From contig CABMCJ010000001.1 in the NCBI GenBank assembly GCA_902384585.1, forward strand, positions 671-64,670: a stretch of DNA of 64,000 bases. The letters are read 5' to 3'. How positions within the stretch are numbered: position 1 is the first letter of the stretch; each line of letters starts with the position of its first letter. A program made the translations under genes and the position numbers. The notes under the pieces are model-generated. The model saw nothing but the letters and a program-made list of their open reading frames with translations. It was not told where the DNA came from and made no database searches. Below are positions 59,209-64,000 of the stretch, piece after piece. Source of the DNA: Candidatus Anstonella stagnisolia (GTDB taxonomy: Archaea; Micrarchaeota; Micrarchaeia; Anstonellales; Anstonellaceae).

Positions 59209-59964
59209 ATGAGCGAAAAAGAAAGCATGCTGATAAAGCAGGAAAAATACCTTGAAGCAGGCATCCACATCGGCACAAAGCTGAAAGTAGTGGACATGAA
59301 CCGCTTCATTTACCGCGCACGCAGCGACGGGCTGTTTGTGCTTGACCTTCGCAAGGTGGACGAGCGCATACGCATGGCAGGCAAAATGCTCTCCGCGTAC
59401 GACCCAAAAGACATCGTAATAGTCGCATCGCGCACATACTCCACAAACGCAGCCTCAAAGTTCGCGCAGGTTACAGGCGCGCGCCTCATGGCAGGCAGGG
59501 TTGTCCCAGGCACCTTCACAAACGTGCACCGCGACGACTTCACAGAGCCAAAACTCCTTTTCACGTGCGATCCAAAGGGCGAACGACAGGCAGTGCTTGA
59601 GGCAGGCAAGATGGGCATTCCCACAATCGGCCTTTGCGACACTGACAACTACACCTCTTACCTTGACTGGGTAATCCCGTGCAACAACAAGGGGCGCCGC
59701 TCGCTCGCTCTCATATTCTACCTTCTTGCGCGCGAAATGGCAATGAGCACAGGGAAAATCTCCTCATACGACGAGTTCAAGGCAACCCTTGAGGAATTCG
59801 AAACCCCAGAGAAAACAGAGGAGGAAAAGCAGGCAGCAGCAGCCGCGGCAGCAGAAGTTGCCGCAGCTTCAGCCGCCCCTGCAGCAGAAAGCCCTGCTGC
59901 TGACGAGGGAATCGAAATAAAGAACGAAAAGAAAGTTGAGGCAGAAGGGGAAGAAAAAGAATAA
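59209..59964 (+). CDS. rps2: Ribosomal protein uS2 with acidic/Ala-rich tail
   Basis: KYLEAGIHIGTKLKVVDMNRFIYRARSDGLFVLDLRK. The ATG at 59209 follows GAGGT; the ORF-track start at 59002 overlaps tRNA-Pro. Confidence 0.93.
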   Translation: MSEKESMLIKQEKYLEAGIHIGTKLKVVDMNRFIYRARSDGLFVLDLRKVDERIRMAGKMLSAYDPKDIVIVASRTYSTNAASKFAQVTGARLMAGRVVPGTFTNVHRDDFTEPKLLFTCDPKGERQAVLEAGKMGIPTIGLCDTDNYTSYLDWVIPCNNKGRRSLALIFYLLAREMAMSTGKISSYDEFKATLEEFETPEKTEEEKQAAAAAAAEVAAASAAPAAESPAADEGIEIKNEKKVEAEGEEKE

Positions 59965-60013
59965 GCCTGTTTTCCCTTATTCCTATTTTTTCCAAGCCAC
60001 TGGCTTTTTTCGC

Positions 60014-61168
60014 CTATGACTTGAAATTCGCAAGGCAGGCCTTCTTCTCATCATTCCCTATTATTTGTTGGCAAAGGGACTTGTCGTCGTACAGCGGTGC
60101 CATTTTCGAATAGCACTTGTCCTTCCAGATGGCATCGCCTATGTTTGCGCAGTATGCGACGTTTATCTTGTTTCCCGAGAGTATCACTCCGCCATAGCAG
60201 TCCCCTCTCTGCTTCCCGTCCCAAACGCCGCCGCATGCAAGGGGGTTGTTGTTCGCCTTTGCGCTCACAATGTAGCATCCTTGTAGGTTAAGGGTGTTCA
60301 CGATGCTGGCGCACGATTCAAATATCCCCGTGTTCTTTGCAAAGTCAAAATAGCACTGGTCCCGCGCAACTTCCGGATATGCAAATGCGCACAGGCTGTA
60401 GTTCTTCCCGTTCACCGCAAACTGCGTGTAGCACCCGTTCCTATAATCGCTTCCCTGCGTTGCCCTTGCGCACGTGTTTATGTTCCCTGTCTGGACTGCA
60501 ACCAGCTCCGTGCACAGGTCCTGCGCAGGCTCTGTCTTTGCATTGTCGCAAATTCCCGAATTATTCATCACAACTGCCTCGCAGGCGTATTTTTGCGCCC
60601 CTTCCGCTATCGCAAGGCAGGCGTTGTACGATCCCTTGTCGATGCCGAAGGAGTACCTGCATGCATCATCCGTGCAATATGAGAAATCGTTTTTTTCGTA
60701 TGCAAGGCACTCTCCCTTTGCAGCCAGGCCGGTTTCGGCAAGGCAGGGGGGCGTAAGTTCCTTTACGCACTGCTGCTGCACCTGGGCAGATGAAATAAGC
60801 GCGCATGGGAGGACTGAGTTGTCCCTTTTCGCAATCCCGTAATGGCACGAGTCCCTGTCAGCAGAAAGCAGCAGCTTGCTGCACGGCACCTCAGGTGCCA
60901 TCTTCATCATGCAGTCATCAACTTTTTGTGCTGAATATATCCTGCTGCACATGCTTGCATTTTTCCCGGCAAGCGCCAATGCCATGAAGCAGTCATCCCT
61001 CGCCTGCACGCCTACTGCATTTGCACAAAGCTCAATTGGCTTTTGCACCTGCACAGCAGGCGTTTGCGGCGCCGCAGTTGTTTCTTCCGGAGCAGCCTGC
61101 GCATTTTGCAGGCACCCAAAAGCGAAAAACAGCCCAAATACCATTGCAAGCAAAAGAATTTTCTTCAT
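60014..61168 (-). CDS. Cys-rich repeat exoprotein (lipobox-like signal, about 12 C-x(9-13)-C repeat units)
   Basis: MKKILLLAMVFGLFFAFGC, then repeats such as RDDCFMALALAGKNASMC, RDQCYFDFAKNTGIFESC and KDKCYSKMAPLYDDKSLC. About 38 Cys. Confidence 0.65.
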   Translation of the reverse strand: MKKILLLAMVFGLFFAFGCLQNAQAAPEETTAAPQTPAVQVQKPIELCANAVGVQARDDCFMALALAGKNASMCSRIYSAQKVDDCMMKMAPEVPCSKLLLSADRDSCHYGIAKRDNSVLPCALISSAQVQQQCVKELTPPCLAETGLAAKGECLAYEKNDFSYCTDDACRYSFGIDKGSYNACLAIAEGAQKYACEAVVMNNSGICDNAKTEPAQDLCTELVAVQTGNINTCARATQGSDYRNGCYTQFAVNGKNYSLCAFAYPEVARDQCYFDFAKNTGIFESCASIVNTLNLQGCYIVSAKANNNPLACGGVWDGKQRGDCYGGVILSGNKINVAYCANIGDAIWKDKCYSKMAPLYDDKSLCQQIIGNDEKKACLANFKS

Positions 61169-61228
61169 TAATACCACCGCATGGCATTCTACTCCCGCAC
61201 GCTTTTTTAACTTAACCCCTTTCTTCCC

Positions 61229-62410
61229 CTAGAAATCAAAAAGGTTCTTCTGCGCGGCATCCCAGGCACCCGCCAACTTGTTGCCCGCGCCATTCCGGTT
61301 TTTTGCAGCCCTGCCAGCCGAACCATTCCCCTCATTCGTTTTCTCCCCGGCGCCAGCTTTCCCTTTCTTTTGCAGCATCCCGATGCGCACCCCTGCGCGG
61401 CGCATCTTTTTCCCCCGCAGGTCAAATTCGCGCACAAGCTCCATTGCAGTTTTTTGCAGCACTTCAATCGAACTTTCATACTTCTCAAAAGTCCTGCTTT
61501 TTGTGTGCGCCTCAAGCCCCTCAAGTATTGCAGTGAAAGTGACCTGGCGGAATTCCATCCCTTCTTCCCCTGCCCTCTTAAAAACATCTTCCGCAAGCCT
61601 TGATACAAACCCTTCAATCTCCTTTTTGTCCTGCGTATCTTTTGGGAAGCTTGCAATCCTCGAAATCTGGCCCGCTTCTTCCCTTTCTTCCACAGGCTCA
61701 TCGTCTTTCCCTTTTGATGCATCAAAGAGATATTTGCCAAACGAATTCCCGAAATTCTCCGTAAGGAAAAGCAGGTCTTTTTGTGCAAGCTCCCCAATTG
61801 TTTTTACCCCAAGCGCATGCAATTTCCCCTCGGTTTTCTTCCCAACGCCAAAAAGCTTGCCGACTTCCATCCCATGCAAAAATTTTCCAATTTCCTGTGG
61901 CTTCACAACCGTAAGCCCGTTTGGCTTTTCCATTTCCGCAGCCATTTTCGCAATGAGCTTGTTTTCCCCAATCCCAACCGAGCACGTAAGTTTTTCCCTC
62001 TGCAAAATCTCATCCTTTATCTTCTGCGCAATTTCCGCAGCTTTTGAAAAATCCCCCTCGCTCTCCTCGCCCAGTTCCGCATACGCCTCGTCAATGCTCG
62101 CCTGCTCGGTTGTTTTTGCGTATTTTTTCACGATTTGCATTATCCTCTCAGATGCCCTTTCGTATTTCCCGAAATCCGCAGGCAAAAATGCGCCGTCTTT
62201 TGCTTTCTTTTTTGCAAACGCAATAGGCATGCCTGAACGCACGCCCAGTTTTCTCGCCTCGTAGTTGCACGTGCTCACAACTCCCCCGAATTCGCCCCTG
62301 CCAGAAAAAATGCACACTATGAGCGGCTTTCCTTTCAATCCCGGCTCTCCCCTCTCCTCCACCTGCGCAAAAAAATAATCCATGTCAAGGAGCATCACGA
62401 TGCGTTGCAT
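61229..62410 (-). CDS. dinB: Y-family DNA polymerase IV (Dpo4/DinB) with G/K-rich linker and C-terminal PIP-like motif
   Basis: [14 protein letters not shown]...[17 protein letters not shown]. The C-terminus ends AQKNLFDF. Start at MQRIV (62410) or MLLD (62395). Confidence 0.88.
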   Translation of the reverse strand: MQRIVMLLDMDYFFAQVEERGEPGLKGKPLIVCIFSGRGEFGGVVSTCNYEARKLGVRSGMPIAFAKKKAKDGAFLPADFGKYERASERIMQIVKKYAKTTEQASIDEAYAELGEESEGDFSKAAEIAQKIKDEILQREKLTCSVGIGENKLIAKMAAEMEKPNGLTVVKPQEIGKFLHGMEVGKLFGVGKKTEGKLHALGVKTIGELAQKDLLFLTENFGNSFGKYLFDASKGKDDEPVEEREEAGQISRIASFPKDTQDKKEIEGFVSRLAEDVFKRAGEEGMEFRQVTFTAILEGLEAHTKSRTFEKYESSIEVLQKTAMELVREFDLRGKKMRRAGVRIGMLQKKGKAGAGEKTNEGNGSAGRAAKNRNGAGNKLAGAWDAAQKNLFDF

Positions 62411-62536
62411 AAGGAGATACGGGCGCAAACGCATATTATCTTTTCTAAAGTGGCTTTCCACTGGCACGCCCCCCCGATTTCATCTATCTTTTTAAAGCTG
62501 AGGCGCGATTTTTACACACGCTTTCTAGTGGTTCTT

Positions 62537-64000
62537 ATGCGAGACTTCAAAACAACCGAAGAGATTCCAATCCCGCCCAAGCTCATAGACCAGGTAATAG
62601 GCCAGGAGGCATCAGTAAAAATAGTGAAAAAAGCGGCATCGCAAAAGCGCAACGTCCTCATGATAGGCCCCCCCGGCATAGGCAAAAGCATGCTTGCGCA
62701 GGCAATGGCAGAGCTCATGCCAGCGACCGACATGGAGGACGTGCTCGTATATCCCAATGAGCGCGACGAGAACAAGCCGCTTGTGAAAATACTCAAGACA
62801 TACCCCTCGCAGGACGAGATAAGGAAAAACCCGTATTTGCGCGCGCTCTATGCGCGCCTTGAGGAATTCAAGAAGCTCACCGCAACGCTTAGGGCGCAGC
62901 AGCCCCAAAAGGACGAAGAGACGCCGTTCCCCATAAGGAAGGAGGACAACGAGCCAGGGCTTGGAAGGCTCACAATAGACAGCAGCAGGGCGCGCCCCGT
63001 ATCCGCGATGGCAGGCGCCTCAAGCGGGCTTCTCTTCCTTCTCATGATAATGGCCGTGATAATTTTCCTCTATGCTACAAATTCCTTCAACAACGACAAC
63101 AAATGGTTCGTGCTCGCCGCAATACTTGGCGCGGGCGTCTTTTTCCTCTTGTGGCGCTTCACAAATACCGTCGGAAAGCGCATGGGCTTTTCCGCAGACA
63201 CAAACGAGCCCAAGCTCATAGTGGACAATACCGGAAGGAAAACCGCGCCCTTCATAGATGCAAGCGGCTCAAAGGCAGGGTCGCTTCTTGGCGACGTGAA
63301 GCACGACCCGCTCCAGTCCGGAGGCCTGGGCACGCCCGCGCACCTTCGCGTTGAAAGCGGCGCAATACACCGCGCAAACAAGGGGGTGCTTTTCATAGAC
63401 GAAATCGCGGCGCTCAAGATGCACTCCCAACAGGAGCTCCTTACCGCAATGCAGGAGAAAAAATACCCCATCACGGGCCAGTCCGAGATGAGCTCTGGCG
63501 CAATAGTGAAAACCGAGCCGGTTCCCTGCGACTTCGTGCTTGTTGCAGCAGGCAACATAGTGGACATGCCCCGCATGCACCCCGCGCTTCGCTCGCGCAT
63601 ACGGGGGAACGGATACGAAATATACATGGACGACACAATGCCCGACACGCCCGAGAACGAGGACAAGCTCGTGCAGTTTGTTGCTCAGGAAGTTGCAAAG
63701 GACAAGAAAATCCCGCATTTCACGCGCGAGGCAGTCCTCGCCCTCATAAACGATGCACGCCGCAAGGCAGGCAGGAAAAAGCGCCTCACCCTGAACCTGC
63801 GCGAGCTTGGAGGGCTTGTGCGCGCAGCAGGCGACGTTGCGCGCGAAGAGAATGCAAAATACGTTACTCCAGAGCACTTGCAAAAGGCGCGGTTGGTTTC
63901 CCAAACCCTTGAGCACCAGCTCAGCACAAAATACGTAGAGAACCGCAAGGATTACCGCATATTCTCCACAGAAGGATATGCAACAGGGAAAGTGAACGGG
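62537..64000 (+). CDS. lon: Membrane-bound archaeal Lon protease (LonB), C-terminus runs off the right edge
   Basis: Absent from the ORF track. My translation from the ATG at 62537 reads [63 protein letters not shown] membrane insert follows ([15 protein letters not shown]...[17 protein letters not shown]), then [13 protein letters not shown]. It is in frame to 64000 (488 codons). Confidence 0.88.
   Translation, partial: MRDFKTTEEIPIPPKLIDQVIGQEASVKIVKKAASQKRNVLMIGPPGIGKSMLAQAMAELMPATDMEDVLVYPNERDENKPLVKILKTYPSQDEIRKNPYLRALYARLEEFKKLTATLRAQQPQKDEETPFPIRKEDNEPGLGRLTIDSSRARPVSAMAGASSGLLFLLMIMAVIIFLYATNSFNNDNKWFVLAAILGAGVFFLLWRFTNTVGKRMGFSADTNEPKLIVDNTGRKTAPFIDASGSKAGSLLGDVKHDPLQSGGLGTPAHLRVESGAIHRANKGVLFIDEIAALKMHSQQELLTAMQEKKYPITGQSEMSSGAIVKTEPVPCDFVLVAAGNIVDMPRMHPALRSRIRGNGYEIYMDDTMPDTPENEDKLVQFVAQEVAKDKKIPHFTREAVLALINDARRKAGRKKRLTLNLRELGGLVRAAGDVAREENAKYVTPEHLQKARLVSQTLEHQLSTKYVENRKDYRIFSTEGYATGKVNG

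Overview
The window is a gene-dense archaeal chromosome segment with roughly 85 genes and no rRNA, CRISPR array, transposase or integrase. Archaeal identity is supported by eL32, eL19, eL34, eL14, eL18, eS4, Rpp29, aSUI1, Cbf5, Nop10, Alba, CDP-archaeol synthase, membrane-type LonB and Rpo3/Rpo10.

Backbone:
- 28476-40664: the full ribosomal-protein supercluster, uL3 to uL15.
- 48116-54410: secY, adkA, an EMC3/DUF106-like gene, eL34, cmk, eL14 and cbf5.
- 54753-59964: uS13, uS4, uS11, rpoD, eL18, uL13, uS9, rpoN and uS2.
- Housekeeping genes elsewhere: transketolase, aminotransferase, aspS, glmM, a glmU-like gene, an HD hydrolase, AMMECR1, carS, PAC2, nop10, dinB and lon.

Three real genes are missing from the supplied ORF track, and I recovered them by reading the sequence. 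Transketolase (1-1692, minus) and LonB (62537-64000, plus) run off the window edges. Nop10 (26870-27019, minus) is only 49 aa.

Most interesting observations:
1. Three of the four tRNA genes are interrupted by large introns.
   - tRNA-Glu has an 85-nt intron at 37/38.
   - tRNA-Ser has a 132-nt intron at 37/38 plus a putative ~34-nt T-loop intron.
   - tRNA-Pro has a 91-nt intron at 59/60 in the T-loop.
   - The Glu and Ser anticodon-loop introns share a conserved ~55-nt structured module.
   - A third copy of that module sits outside any tRNA at 18879-18934, flanked by a perfect 11-bp direct repeat, which looks like a mobile intron-derived mini-element.
2. A 7.3-kb signalling island (40761-48043) splits the normally invariant uL15-secY junction. 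It carries:
   - an orphan coiled-coil protein;
   - two stand-alone receivers;
   - a Walker-A-less KaiC/RecA-like protein;
   - a Cache-HAMP histidine kinase;
   - a polytopic membrane module translationally coupled to a transmitter-less HAMP-PAS protein.
3. A cell-surface island (3130-10850) is headed by a membrane-tethered winged-helix regulator. It includes an 841-aa secreted protein built from internally repeated modules that I do not recognise.
4. Other observations:
   - a family of Cys-rich repeat exoproteins;
   - Ala/Pro/Lys-rich tails on many ribosomal proteins;
   - small tandem repeats at the 3' ends of secY and carS.

A DPANN-like or other small-genome archaeal origin is only an inference from the multi-intron tRNAs. 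All homology calls are by eye; no searches were run.
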